From positions 32,001 to 96,000 of the IMG/VR virus record IMGVR_UViG_3300037851_000452: 64,000 bases of DNA. One strand, written 5' to 3'. Shown here piece by piece: positions 39,084-47,565 of the stretch. The first letter of the stretch is position 1; each line of letters begins with the position of its first letter. The translations under genes were made by a program, and so were the position numbers. This DNA is from a virus. Under the pieces are notes generated by a model, which made no database searches, was not told the DNA's origin, and saw nothing but the letters and a program-made list of their open reading frames with translations.

Positions 39084-39653
39084 AACAGAACCGCAGCAGT
39101 AAATGAATACTCTACTCGGTATTCCGAAGCCATCGACCTTATGGAAACTACGAATCCCTCCGACTGGAGGTTGCAGAGCAAGTCCAGTCGGCAAGGAAGC
39201 GACGCCGACTTCCTGTCCGAAGAACTAGGTAAGTCTTTAAGTCAGGGAGAAAGAAACATTCATGAAATGTGCCGTGCAGAATACAAAAAACGTCTGTCTC
39301 TAGGAGTGGCCAGAGAGCAGGCCAGAAAAGACCTTCCGCTCTCCAACATGACGGAGGCGTACTGGAAGATTGACCTGCACAATCTACTCCACAACTTTCT
39401 TGCCAAAAGACTGAAACCAGAAGCCCAGCTAGAGATACGAAGGTACGCCCAAGTCATAGCCGACATCGTTAAGAAATGGGTACCCCACACGTGGGAGGCG
39501 TTCGAGGACTACGTCCTAAACGCCATGACCCTGTCTAAAAGCGAACTGGAGATAATCTCCTACCGTAAGCTGGGGGCGGTTCCTCTGTCCCCATCCGAGG
39601 TTAGGGAGCTGACCGAAAAGTGTGTCAAACTAGGGGTAGTCCTCGAGCCCTAG
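39084..39653 (+). CDS. thyX: Flavin-dependent thymidylate synthase, exon 2
   Basis: RTAAVNEYSTRYS, GVAREQARKDLP, DLHNLLHNFL, AQLEIRRYA. Confidence 0.92.
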   Translation, partial: NRTAAVNEYSTRYSEAIDLMETTNPSDWRLQSKSSRQGSDADFLSEELGKSLSQGERNIHEMCRAEYKKRLSLGVAREQARKDLPLSNMTEAYWKIDLHNLLHNFLAKRLKPEAQLEIRRYAQVIADIVKKWVPHTWEAFEDYVLNAMTLSKSELEIISYRKLGAVPLSPSEVRELTEKCVKLGVVLEP

Positions 39654-39663
39654 GAGTGACACC

Positions 39664-39939
39664 ATGATCCTGAAGATCCGGACCCCCACCTCCAACGACT
39701 TTAGATGGACCGTAATAGACCATGTAGACCTAGTGTCCATCCTGACCAAAAAGTCGTTCATCGTAAACCCAAGAGGAGAAGAGATACCCGTAGAAGTTCT
39801 AGGAGTAGGTCCGGAATATTACCTGATCGAGATTTCAAGGGGCGGTCAGTCCCGAAAACTAGCATTTAGCGGTGTGGCATTCATCTGCACCGACGAAGGA
39901 AGAACTCTAGAAACGGTAGGCGGGTGTGACGAATCATGA
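39664..39939 (+). CDS. Hypothetical protein
   Basis: 91 aa, AGGAG RBS. Confidence 0.55.
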   Translation: MILKIRTPTSNDFRWTVIDHVDLVSILTKKSFIVNPRGEEIPVEVLGVGPEYYLIEISRGGQSRKLAFSGVAFICTDEGRTLETVGGCDES

Positions 39940-40559
39940 ATCGTAACAGGACGTTTTTTAGGCTTCCCGGCGGAGTAGTGCATCTAGGGAAGTTCTGCCG
40001 TCGATACGAAAAGGTACAAAAGAAGACGTCCCCAAAAATGGAGGCGCTGGAGTACGTACGCTTCGAGTCAAAGGCCGGAACGGCCTATTCGATCGCTACA
40101 GACGGAAAGACTCTAATATGCCTGTACTGGAAGTTGGACACCGACGAGAAGATAAGAGAGCCGGTCCACATCCACCACTCCAATATGTGCCTCCTGGAAG
40201 ACGACAAAAGCCACCCCTGCGTGGATGAAGGAGAGACCGGCTACACAACAAGAACAGGAAAAGAACTATCGACAAAAGGACTGAACGTTCAATTTCCAGA
40301 CTGGAGGTTCGTCATATCTGAATGCTCCAAAGACCCCACTCACGAAAAGACCATTGATCTGGGAGTTACCGAAGCGTGGTCTAGATTCGTAAAAAAGTTC
40401 GGCACCAATTCCAAGGTAAAGATGTGGGTCAGAAGAGGAATCATAATGGCCCCTTACCGATACGACGGAGTAATGGCCCTAGCAGACAACACAAAGGCAC
40501 TATATGTTCAGATGCCCCTGGTAGAACCTTCTGAATACATCTTGCCAACATTCACATAA
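39936..40559 (+). CDS. Possible beta-clamp-like domain protein
   Basis: IATDGKTL and FPDWRFVI resemble DnaN middle-domain motifs. Confidence 0.45.
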   Translation: MNRNRTFFRLPGGVVHLGKFCRRYEKVQKKTSPKMEALEYVRFESKAGTAYSIATDGKTLICLYWKLDTDEKIREPVHIHHSNMCLLEDDKSHPCVDEGETGYTTRTGKELSTKGLNVQFPDWRFVISECSKDPTHEKTIDLGVTEAWSRFVKKFGTNSKVKMWVRRGIIMAPYRYDGVMALADNTKALYVQMPLVEPSEYILPTFT

Positions 40560-40619
40560 CAAGTTAAAGGCCAGATCAACCATCTGAAAATCAGATGTAG
40601 TAACTACCTGGAGAAGAAC

Positions 40620-40841
40620 ATGACAGAAGAAATCGTCCTCAGTGAAGCACAACTTTCCTGCCTGAAGGCCGTCAGCGACGGGGGCAAGGTTGAAACCAAG
40701 ACCGTGGACAAGAGAAGCGTGAATGCACTCGAAAAGAAGGGCCTGGTCAAGGTCACGGAGAACAAGAAGGGTGCATTTGTCGCTCTCACCGCGAAGGGCA
40801 AGAAGGCAGCCGCCGCTATGGATACGGCTACTCCTGCGTGA
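40620..40841 (+). CDS. Small basic winged-helix-like protein
   Basis: LSEAQLSCL...VNALEKKGLV...LTAKGK. Confidence 0.6.
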   Translation: MTEEIVLSEAQLSCLKAVSDGGKVETKTVDKRSVNALEKKGLVKVTENKKGAFVALTAKGKKAAAAMDTATPA

Positions 40842-40878
40842 GTGTAGAAGTTGTAACTACACACCCCAAGAGGCGACA

Positions 40879-41301
40879 ATGAACGGTATGAGCCTCACAC
40901 CACCCAAAGGGTCTAAGAAGAAAAGAAACCTCTCCGACGACTCTTTGCCTGAGGACTACCTTCAATGGCTTCACGGGGTCCTTCGCACCAACCTTTGCGA
41001 CAAGGAAGGCTGTGAGCCTTGCGCCATTCGGATCAAGATTGCCGCGTACCTTCTTAAGGCCCACCGGTCTAAAAAGAGCGGCAATCTTGAAGCCTCTGTC
41101 CGGCAACTCAGAAAAGCCCTGGAGCTACTAGACCATCTAGTAGACAACCTAGAAAAGAACGAGGCTGGGCTAAGTCTTCAGCTCAGCCTAGCCTCGTATA
41201 TACAGTCCGTAGCGTCCTATGAAGAACAAGCAGACCTGCGGTACCAGCTCGGGGCAAGCCTATCCTACCTAAAGGTCAAAATCGACCGCACAATCAGCTA
41301 A
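40879..41301 (+). CDS. Hypothetical protein
   Basis: ATG after GAGG within track ORF 40723..41301. Confidence 0.55.
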   Translation: MNGMSLTPPKGSKKKRNLSDDSLPEDYLQWLHGVLRTNLCDKEGCEPCAIRIKIAAYLLKAHRSKKSGNLEASVRQLRKALELLDHLVDNLEKNEAGLSLQLSLASYIQSVASYEEQADLRYQLGASLSYLKVKIDRTIS

Positions 41302-41327
41302 GACCTGAAAATACGGGCATACTCTTA

Positions 41328-41341
41328 GGTATGAGTATTGT
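41328..41341 (+). promoter_or_regulatory. Promoter-like motif variant GGTATGAGTATTGT
   Basis: One mismatch to the 37787 motif. Confidence 0.55.
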
Positions 41342-41396
41342 GTAAGAGCAACAGGTAGATTTCCTGCTTGTATGACTCTTTCCAAGGAGGCCCACC

Positions 41397-41753
41397 ATGG
41401 CGGCCACTTTGAGGCTCTTCGTAGAACCGTTCAGGCTCTTGGGGAGGCTCGTGCTCGCTATGGCGGGCATGGGTTGGACGATTGAGGACGCCGAGGACCT
41501 CTGGTCCGCGGCGTCCTACCTCTCTGCCCTCGCAGCGACGCGGGGGTTGGCTCTTGGCATCCTGAGGAAGGACGCCACGTGCGGCCTGCTGCCCGTCAGC
41601 GAAGACGCGGCGACAGAACTCCTTCGCTTCTTCAACGAAGAGGCGAAGGAGAACGAAACTCTCCGACGAGCTTGGTGGTTCGTCGGAGAAGAAAAAATAG
41701 AAGAAATCGTGGCCGAGGCCTGGAGCGCCGAGTGCGCTCGCAGGCTTCAGTAG
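41397..41753 (+). CDS. GC-rich hypothetical protein in its own promoter-terminator cassette
   Basis: AAGGAGG RBS; followed by a 16-bp hairpin. Confidence 0.65.
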   Translation: MAATLRLFVEPFRLLGRLVLAMAGMGWTIEDAEDLWSAASYLSALAATRGLALGILRKDATCGLLPVSEDAATELLRFFNEEAKENETLRRAWWFVGEEKIEEIVAEAWSAECARRLQ

Positions 41754-41790
41754 AAAGAGGGGGGAGATGCAGCTCTCCCCCCTCTTTCTT
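41752..41790 (+). terminator. Hairpin terminator
   Basis: AGAAAGAGGGGGGAGA / TCTCCCCCCTCTTTCT. Confidence 0.7.
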
Positions 41791-41825
41791 AACCTGTCTA
41801 CACTCTTGCGAAGCCTCCCATCTAA

Positions 41826-41913
41826 GACTACGCGAGCTCGGCCGAAGCCGATGAGACAGGACCCAGGGAGTACACAACAGTCTTTAACAGGAACGGCCCC
41901 AGGTCAAGATTCG
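41826..41913 (+). repeat. Weak GAC-initiated pentamer-periodic tract
   Basis: gaCta cgCga gctcg gcCga agCcg ... gaCag gaCcc. Confidence 0.35.
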
Positions 41914-41930
41914 TAATGACCCGGACATTA
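41914..41930. repeat. 17-bp site (copy 5)
   Basis: Exact copy, just before an RBS. Confidence 0.85.
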
Positions 41931-41943
41931 CAAGGAGAAAAAG

Positions 41944-42663
41944 ATGAAGGTTTCCCTAAGCATAGACCTAGATTTCTGGTGCCAGTCGAATCGGATCAAC
42001 TTCATACCCGATCGCCACTACGACAAACTAGACCTAAACGGGTCATGGAACGATGTGTTGAATTGGGCAGACGACCTGCACCACTACCGAACAGTTTTTA
42101 GAGCCCTACCCAACATCCATCAAAAGAACTCCATGAGGCATCTATTAGGACGAGTGTGCTGTCTGCCAAGAAACGTAGCTGTACACGTAGTTGAACACCA
42201 TGATGAGGTTCTTCCGTACGTTCAAAGTACGCCCTGTGACATGCTCATCAACATAGACGCTCACGATGACATAGTTGGGACAATGGACACGCCCAAACTA
42301 GGGCCGGGATCATGGGTAGACTTCGTAGAATGGAGAAAAGAAGCAACGTACAAATGGATATACGCGTCACGATCTGTGCAGGACTATAGCCTATGCGGCC
42401 CTCCAGCACTGTGGAAAGAGCCCAGTCGATATACCGACTGGAAAAAGATTCAACGCTCAAACGACAGGTATGTCATACCTTGGGAAAATGTGTCTCTGGT
42501 AACTATTGCAGCAAGCCCCGACTACACCCTACCAAATTTTGGGCTGTTTGCCCTAAAACGTCTAGGAAACAGAGATGGCATACAGATAGACGAGGCAGTC
42601 CAAGAACTAGCAAAAAAGTGGGTCGTATCTAGCGCGCTCTTCTCCACGTTCAAAGACCTGTAG
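41944..42663 (+). CDS. UPF0489-like (arginase-fold-related) protein
   Basis: LSIDLDFW, VVEHHDEVL, INIDAHDDI, IAASPDYT. Confidence 0.6.
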   Translation: MKVSLSIDLDFWCQSNRINFIPDRHYDKLDLNGSWNDVLNWADDLHHYRTVFRALPNIHQKNSMRHLLGRVCCLPRNVAVHVVEHHDEVLPYVQSTPCDMLINIDAHDDIVGTMDTPKLGPGSWVDFVEWRKEATYKWIYASRSVQDYSLCGPPALWKEPSRYTDWKKIQRSNDRYVIPWENVSLVTIAASPDYTLPNFGLFALKRLGNRDGIQIDEAVQELAKKWVVSSALFSTFKDL

Positions 42664-42746
42664 ACGGGCTTGAGACCTTGCTCCCACAAGAGGCCATCGC
42701 TAGACCTTCGCCATCCAACGCCACCACCATCTCAAGCCCGCCACAG
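42663..42746 (+). ncRNA. C-periodic tract enclosed by an 11-bp inverted repeat, just upstream of the cas7-like gene
   Basis: CGGGCTTGAGA (42665) / TCTCAAGCCCG (42730); loop gcCat cgCta gaCct..gcCat..gcCac caCca. Confidence 0.45.
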
Positions 42747-42782
42747 AGTATGGTACCGCATAAAAATATGAAGCGCCATTTC

Positions 42783-42796
42783 GTAATAAGTATTGT
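42783..42796 (+). promoter_or_regulatory. Promoter-like motif GTAATAAGTATTGT for the cas7-like gene
   Basis: Matches the recurrent motif; A-tract about 20 nt upstream. Confidence 0.6.
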
Positions 42797-42835
42797 AGTA
42801 GGACTATCACTTACCTATCTTACAGGAGACATTCA

Positions 42836-43696
42836 ATGGCATTTGTAGACATCAATGAAGTGGCAAACCGTACGGACCTGTTCAAAGAATTCAAGAGCAG
42901 GACTCAATGGGACGCGTTCGACTACTATTTTGTAGCTATTCACGTCCAAGAGATAGCCGGAGGCATACCGAAGAACGCGGACCTCTATAAGAGCTTCGTA
43001 GAAGCAAAGTGTAAGGAGAAAGAGGAGACGGAGAGGTCTCGAATCGTAGAGGCCCGAATCTCCGACCTTCCAACTATCGTGTCTGAGGAGGCAAAGAAGG
43101 GCTGGACAGGGTTCCTGTCCGACGAGCGGGGCCTGTACATCGAGGGCCGTCAAATAAAAGCCCTCTTCAAGGAGGCTGCCAACATCACCCGTGACATCGT
43201 CCCGGCAAAGATGTTCAAGAAGAAGACCAAGAAGGGCGCAGAAGCAGAAGCTGCGTCTATGACAGAGGAAGAGTTCCAGTCCCTGGACAAGGTGACTGGG
43301 ATCACCAACCTCAAGTCAAAGATCGCGGACCAGATGTTCGTTTTGAACGGTCTGGTCGTTGAAGACCCTCAGGGGCGCTTCATAAAGACGAACGTCCACC
43401 TGGGTAAAACCCAAAGCGACGTTATCGTAGTGGAACAACCCATCCACGTCATAACGCCACAAGGGCCAAGGTCGTCCATCAAAATCACTGACCGCGTCAA
43501 GGACTGCAACATCTCGTTCACCATACGAGTGTTGCGGAAATCAGAGATAGTGCCTGACACTATCATGGCTATCCTAGACTACGGTCAGGCGTTGGGGTTG
43601 GGGGCCGACAGGTCTCAAGGACTCGGCACCTTTGAAGTAAAGGCCGTCACCAAAATAAGTAGGGACGAGGCCTACGCCCTCATCCTACAACAGTAA
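42836..43696 (+). CDS. Stand-alone Cas7/Csm3-like RAMP protein
   Basis: GLYIEGRQIKALFKEAA (RAMP YIPGSSIKG equivalent), thumb-like QPIHVITPQGPRSSI, C-terminal Gly-rich loop GLGADRSQGLGTFEV. Confidence 0.8.
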   Translation: MAFVDINEVANRTDLFKEFKSRTQWDAFDYYFVAIHVQEIAGGIPKNADLYKSFVEAKCKEKEETERSRIVEARISDLPTIVSEEAKKGWTGFLSDERGLYIEGRQIKALFKEAANITRDIVPAKMFKKKTKKGAEAEAASMTEEEFQSLDKVTGITNLKSKIADQMFVLNGLVVEDPQGRFIKTNVHLGKTQSDVIVVEQPIHVITPQGPRSSIKITDRVKDCNISFTIRVLRKSEIVPDTIMAILDYGQALGLGADRSQGLGTFEVKAVTKISRDEAYALILQQ

Positions 43697-43714
43697 TCCA
43701 ACCTTCTTTTAGTA

Positions 43715-43744
43715 AGGCCCCCGGTATTTCGGGGGCCTACTTTT
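43715..43744 (+). terminator. Intrinsic terminator after the cas7-like gene
   Basis: AGGCCCCCG / CGGGGGCCT then ACTTTT. Confidence 0.7.
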
Positions 43745-43754
43745 AGGTAATCAC

Positions 43755-44429
43755 ATGACCCACCTGTACGACTTGTATACGTCGTGCGACGAACGCATGG
43801 CCAAAAGGCTAGCCCGCACAACAGTGTCTTGCAAAAAAGGGTGTCATGCGTGCTGCAAACAAATAACCATCGTTGCTAAAGCAGAGTCAGACCTGATCGC
43901 TAAAAGCCTTGTAGGGTCAAAAATAGACCTAAGAGATCTCATAAAAAGATTAGAAGAGTCCGCGGTGCTGATGTCACAGCACGACGATATGTTCGACTAC
44001 TTCTGCCTAGATAAAAGGTGCGCGTTCTTAGACGATAAGAACGAATGCATCGTGTACCCTGTAAGACCTGCAGCTTGCAGATACTACTATGTCACCACCT
44101 CTCCAGAAGAATGCTCCGAACCTGTTAGGGGGTCTACCATTACAGTAATCAACACCTCAGACCTGCAAGCCGAAGTATTCTGCTACTGCCTTCAGCTACA
44201 AGGAGAGCCTTGGGTAAGCCCGCTACCACTAGCAGTAATGCACTCCCTATTCCGAATTACTAAAGACGAGGAGTTGGGTACTATACTAAAGAGGCTTCCA
44301 GACCCTCAAAGGTGGATGGCTTACAGAATAGAGAACCCCCTAGTTGGCATGTTGGAAAGTCAGCGCAAAGAATTCAGAAAAGGTCTTATAGGAGCCATCA
44401 ATGCTTTTGAAAACGAGAGACCTCGCTGA
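43755..44429 (+). CDS. YkgJ/FliB-like Cys-cluster protein
   Basis: CKKGCHACC...CAFL...CIVYPVRPAACR. Confidence 0.8.
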   Translation: MTHLYDLYTSCDERMAKRLARTTVSCKKGCHACCKQITIVAKAESDLIAKSLVGSKIDLRDLIKRLEESAVLMSQHDDMFDYFCLDKRCAFLDDKNECIVYPVRPAACRYYYVTTSPEECSEPVRGSTITVINTSDLQAEVFCYCLQLQGEPWVSPLPLAVMHSLFRITKDEELGTILKRLPDPQRWMAYRIENPLVGMLESQRKEFRKGLIGAINAFENERPR

Positions 44430-44583
44430 GATAGACGACTTTCTCTTTTCCCAACAGTCCTATCCGGTAAAAGTTCGTATAAAAGACACGGAGCAATCGT
44501 TCTCTACGTATGAGGAGTGGGTGAGATTCTTAGAAGTAGTGGATCTGGACAACCCTGAGTTTATTGCTGGAGAAGAAAACTAG
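44401..44583 (+). CDS. Hypothetical protein
   Basis: 60 aa, AGGAG RBS. Confidence 0.5.
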   Translation: MLLKTRDLAEIDDFLFSQQSYPVKVRIKDTEQSFSTYEEWVRFLEVVDLDNPEFIAGEEN

Positions 44584-45069
44584 ATGTCTTACAAGATTCT
44601 TGTCCGAGGAGATACGAGTGATGTCAGCGTTACGTTATCAAACATCCGCGCCCTGGGAACGGCTTCTGCCAATCCCTTCCCACCAGAGGACGACGTTTGG
44701 TGGGTATCTAGAGTTCTAGTTCAGAAAGCCCATCGGGGCAGGGGGATAGGAAAGTTTCTGGTTGCTAACCTGGTCAACGCGGTAAGGAAGATGGGGGCAA
44801 AGAAGCTTATGGTATGCCCTGGCGGATACGACATCTCCTACGAAGACCAGGTTAGGTTTTACGAATCATGCGGGTTCAAAAAGGAATCAGATCACTCGGG
44901 CAAGGAAGGCGCTTACTACTTGGACCTGGAAACAGAAGGCACTCCAAATGAAGTCCCAGACAGATGCAAAGTCTTCCTCTTTAAAGAGATGCAGGAAGAA
45001 GACATCCATGACCACGTTCTCCCCTCCCTGGATATTCGAGAACGGGGTACGGAGACACTCCTATCTTGA
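44584..45069 (+). CDS. GNAT acetyltransferase
   Basis: VQKAHRGRGIGKFLV...RFYESCGF. Confidence 0.85.
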   Translation: MSYKILVRGDTSDVSVTLSNIRALGTASANPFPPEDDVWWVSRVLVQKAHRGRGIGKFLVANLVNAVRKMGAKKLMVCPGGYDISYEDQVRFYESCGFKKESDHSGKEGAYYLDLETEGTPNEVPDRCKVFLFKEMQEEDIHDHVLPSLDIRERGTETLLS

Positions 45070-45691
45070 TGTGCGGGTTCACGGGTCCCGTCACCGCATA
45101 AAAGAAATAAGAACCTATGACCTAGAAGGTTCCGAGAGCCTACGATGGAAGATTGCTCTTAGACTGGACCGGGTCCTAAAAGAGTTCCGCAAGGCCCACC
45201 AAGATCTGAAAGACGTAGAGAAGGCCCAGTGCATAGTAGACGGAAGAATGCAGGAGTATCGGTATGACAATGCTACCGGTTGCGTAGAAGAAAAGGATAA
45301 GCGACCGGAGAAGAACCCCGTCAACGCCGGCAAGGCCCTCAGATACAGAAGAGCGTTTGGGCGTCTGTGTATCTGGAGGAACAGCCTGTCCCTAGCAGAG
45401 CACGTTCTTACTCTAGGCATCATGCAAGCCCTTCCCAGCTGGGCTCGTCATCCAGAAAAAGGACACATAGTCGTCCTGACAATAAACGGCAGGGACTACA
45501 CCTACTTGTCTATAAAAAACCGGCACGGTGTGCCATGCCTAGAGCCACTACACTACCCAACTCCAGAAGAACCAAAAGCCGTGTCTAGATATGTGATTGA
45601 TTTTAAAGGCATCCTAGACGAGGCAATGACCCGGACATTAGACTCTCCCCAAAGAGACGAGCCCAGGGTGACTAGAGAGCCGGCAGACTAG
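44948..45691 (+). CDS. Hypothetical protein
   Basis: 247 aa; start uncertain. Confidence 0.55.
   Translation: MKSQTDAKSSSLKRCRKKTSMTTFSPPWIFENGVRRHSYLDVRVHGSRHRIKEIRTYDLEGSESLRWKIALRLDRVLKEFRKAHQDLKDVEKAQCIVDGRMQEYRYDNATGCVEEKDKRPEKNPVNAGKALRYRRAFGRLCIWRNSLSLAEHVLTLGIMQALPSWARHPEKGHIVVLTINGRDYTYLSIKNRHGVPCLEPLHYPTPEEPKAVSRYVIDFKGILDEAMTRTLDSPQRDEPRVTREPAD
45624..45640. repeat. 17-bp site (copy 6, one mismatch)
   Basis: CAATGACCCGGACATTA. Confidence 0.8.
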
Positions 45692-45712
45692 GGTTGCCAT
45701 CTAATCGCCAAT

Positions 45713-45742
45713 AAAGGCCCCACCCACTAGGGGCCTTTTTTT
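45713..45742. terminator. Bidirectional terminator between convergent genes
   Basis: AAAGGCCCC...GGGGCCTTTTTT. Confidence 0.65.
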
Positions 45743-45810
45743 AGCCTAAAGGGAGAAAAATTTTTGAAAGGTACAACGACATACAATGTCGCACATGAGT
45801 ATACGTCGCA

Positions 45811-46590
45811 CTAGGCTGGGCTCATCCACTCTTCGGCAGCCTCGGCAATAGCGTGCCCTGCGTCGATGGTCATAGCCTCAGCCACCCTAATGTCACTAAG
45901 CGCGTCCACAAAATAGGACTCCACAAGGACGCAAGGACCAGAGGGGTTGCTAGTCTCCGCAGAGTTCAAAACAGATAGGCCCGCCTCCATAACACCGGGA
46001 AGCCCCGCAGCAGACTGGAACAAAGGTAGGCCTAGTTTCTTGGAGATGGCCTCCGCGCAGATGGATGCAAACCTTCTCGATACGGACGATGCCAGCCTCT
46101 TGTGGACCATTACGCACACGTAATGCTGCTTGCTGTCGAAAGCGTTATGGTGAAGGCTAAGGAACATGTCGGATGCGCAGGCCCTCTTACCGATTTCGAT
46201 AAGGTCGTCGGCTTCGGGGTCCACAATCTCCACCTTAGCGCCCTTATCCCGCAAAAGCCCGGCCACCACGTTGGCTTGAAGTCTGTTAAGGTCTTCCTCC
46301 TCAACTCCGTTCTTGCCTCGAGCTCCAGGCTTTTTCTCTGAATGCCCGGGGTCAATCACCACGAATTTTCCAGCAAGAACACCGGCCCCGTCCTGAGGAA
46401 TCTTTGGTAGAGTTTTCCCTGGAGGAGCCACTAGAACGTTGTTAGCCCCATTGTGCGAAGACAGGATGCTGATTAGCTCTGCCCTGTTTTGCGGCAGGAC
46501 AGACGTAAGGGGTTTATCGTCATTCCAAGAAACAACATGGACCTTGCCCCCCTCGCCGCGGTAGAACTCCAACCAATTCGCCTTAGCCAT
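45811..46590 (-). CDS. N-acetylmuramoyl-L-alanine amidase (Amidase_3), endolysin candidate
   Basis: VVIDPGH, EEDLN, FLSLHHNA, VLVESYF. Confidence 0.9.
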   Translation of the reverse strand: MAKANWLEFYRGEGGKVHVVSWNDDKPLTSVLPQNRAELISILSSHNGANNVLVAPPGKTLPKIPQDGAGVLAGKFVVIDPGHSEKKPGARGKNGVEEEDLNRLQANVVAGLLRDKGAKVEIVDPEADDLIEIGKRACASDMFLSLHHNAFDSKQHYVCVMVHKRLASSVSRRFASICAEAISKKLGLPLFQSAAGLPGVMEAGLSVLNSAETSNPSGPCVLVESYFVDALSDIRVAEAMTIDAGHAIAEAAEEWMSPA

Positions 46591-46930
46591 TCCTAGACTC
46601 CTGGTTCAAGGACAACGCCGCTTTAACGGCTGCCAAAAAAAGCTCCTCTCGGTCCCTTTGACCGGAGGATAGCTGGTTCCAATCTTGGCCTTCATCTGCC
46701 TTGATAAGATAGTTCAGGGACCTCTTTCCCTCATAGCTCTCCCGGGCCGTCATGTTAGGCCTACGAGTTACCTCTTCTACGGCCAGCTCCCAAAAAAGCT
46801 TCTCGCTATCACTTAGGTAGTCCCAAGAGCACGGGTCCCTCCCCAGAAGCCGCTCCAGTGTCTGTTCTACTTCGTAGACGAATCGGAAAAGGTGTTCTTC
46901 TTTGTGCTGCATCCGTCGCAAACGCTCCAC
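46583..46930 (-). CDS. Hypothetical protein
   Basis: 115 aa upstream of the amidase. Confidence 0.5.
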   Translation of the reverse strand: MERLRRMQHKEEHLFRFVYEVEQTLERLLGRDPCSWDYLSDSEKLFWELAVEEVTRRPNMTARESYEGKRSLNYLIKADEGQDWNQLSSGQRDREELFLAAVKAALSLNQESRNG

Positions 46931-47139
46931 GTTTTGGCGTATCGTTTAACGCACACGGGATCTTCTTCGACGACTGGAGCATGAACGTAAGCTCGACCTG
47001 TAGTCAACCTAACCCGACAAAGCTTTTCGTTGCACGACAAAACCTCCTGTATCTTGTCGCACTTAACGGTGTCCCCAAACCATAGAATTCCGTACACTAA
47101 AAAGGACAACACTAGTCCGAACGCGATTAGAGTTTTCAT
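46867..47139 (-). CDS. Small membrane-anchored Cys-containing protein
   Basis: N-terminal hydrophobic helix. Confidence 0.45.
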   Translation of the reverse strand: MKTLIAFGLVLSFLVYGILWFGDTVKCDKIQEVLSCNEKLCRVRLTTGRAYVHAPVVEEDPVCVKRYAKTWSVCDGCSTKKNTFSDSSTK

Positions 47140-47186
47140 GCGGAGTGTATATCAAAATTGCCCTTGCAAAACCCTACAAGTTATTG

Positions 47187-47200
47187 GGTATAAGTGTAGT
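47187..47200 (+). promoter_or_regulatory. Promoter-like motif GGTATAAGTGTAGT
   Basis: Recurrent motif. Confidence 0.6.
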
Positions 47201-47294
47201 GTGGGGACTACGTTAGTCCTTACGACCAAGGCCGGATGGACAGCCAGACCGTTTGCGACCACGTAGACCATGTCTGTCCGGTCTTGGTTTTTTT
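47201..47294 (+). ncRNA. Putative sRNA or attenuator leader
   Basis: Hairpin 47201-47223, 18-bp stem 47225-47242/47271-47288, then a T run. Confidence 0.55.
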
Positions 47295-47324
47295 ACTCAG
47301 CACTTACCCCCCTTAGGAGATACA

Positions 47325-47558
47325 ATGGCCGCCAGGCACGTGATGGTGCATTTCACCGTCTACAACAAGCCTCGAGACTATCCTGACGAGGTCGTTGTTC
47401 GTAGGTGGTTCATAGAACCAGGCAAACCTGTCATCGACCCCGTGATCTGGAAGATAGCGAAGACCCTAGAGGAGGCTCGTCGGAGCATACCTCCAGACAA
47501 ACATAACATCGGGCGAATGCCCAGCGACGACCCATGCATTGTTGAGACATGGGTTTAG
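47325..47558 (+). CDS. Hypothetical protein
   Basis: AGGAG RBS; YNKPRDYPD...DDPCIVETWV. Confidence 0.65.
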   Translation: MAARHVMVHFTVYNKPRDYPDEVVVRRWFIEPGKPVIDPVIWKIAKTLEEARRSIPPDKHNIGRMPSDDPCIVETWV

Positions 47559-47565
47559 GAAAAAC

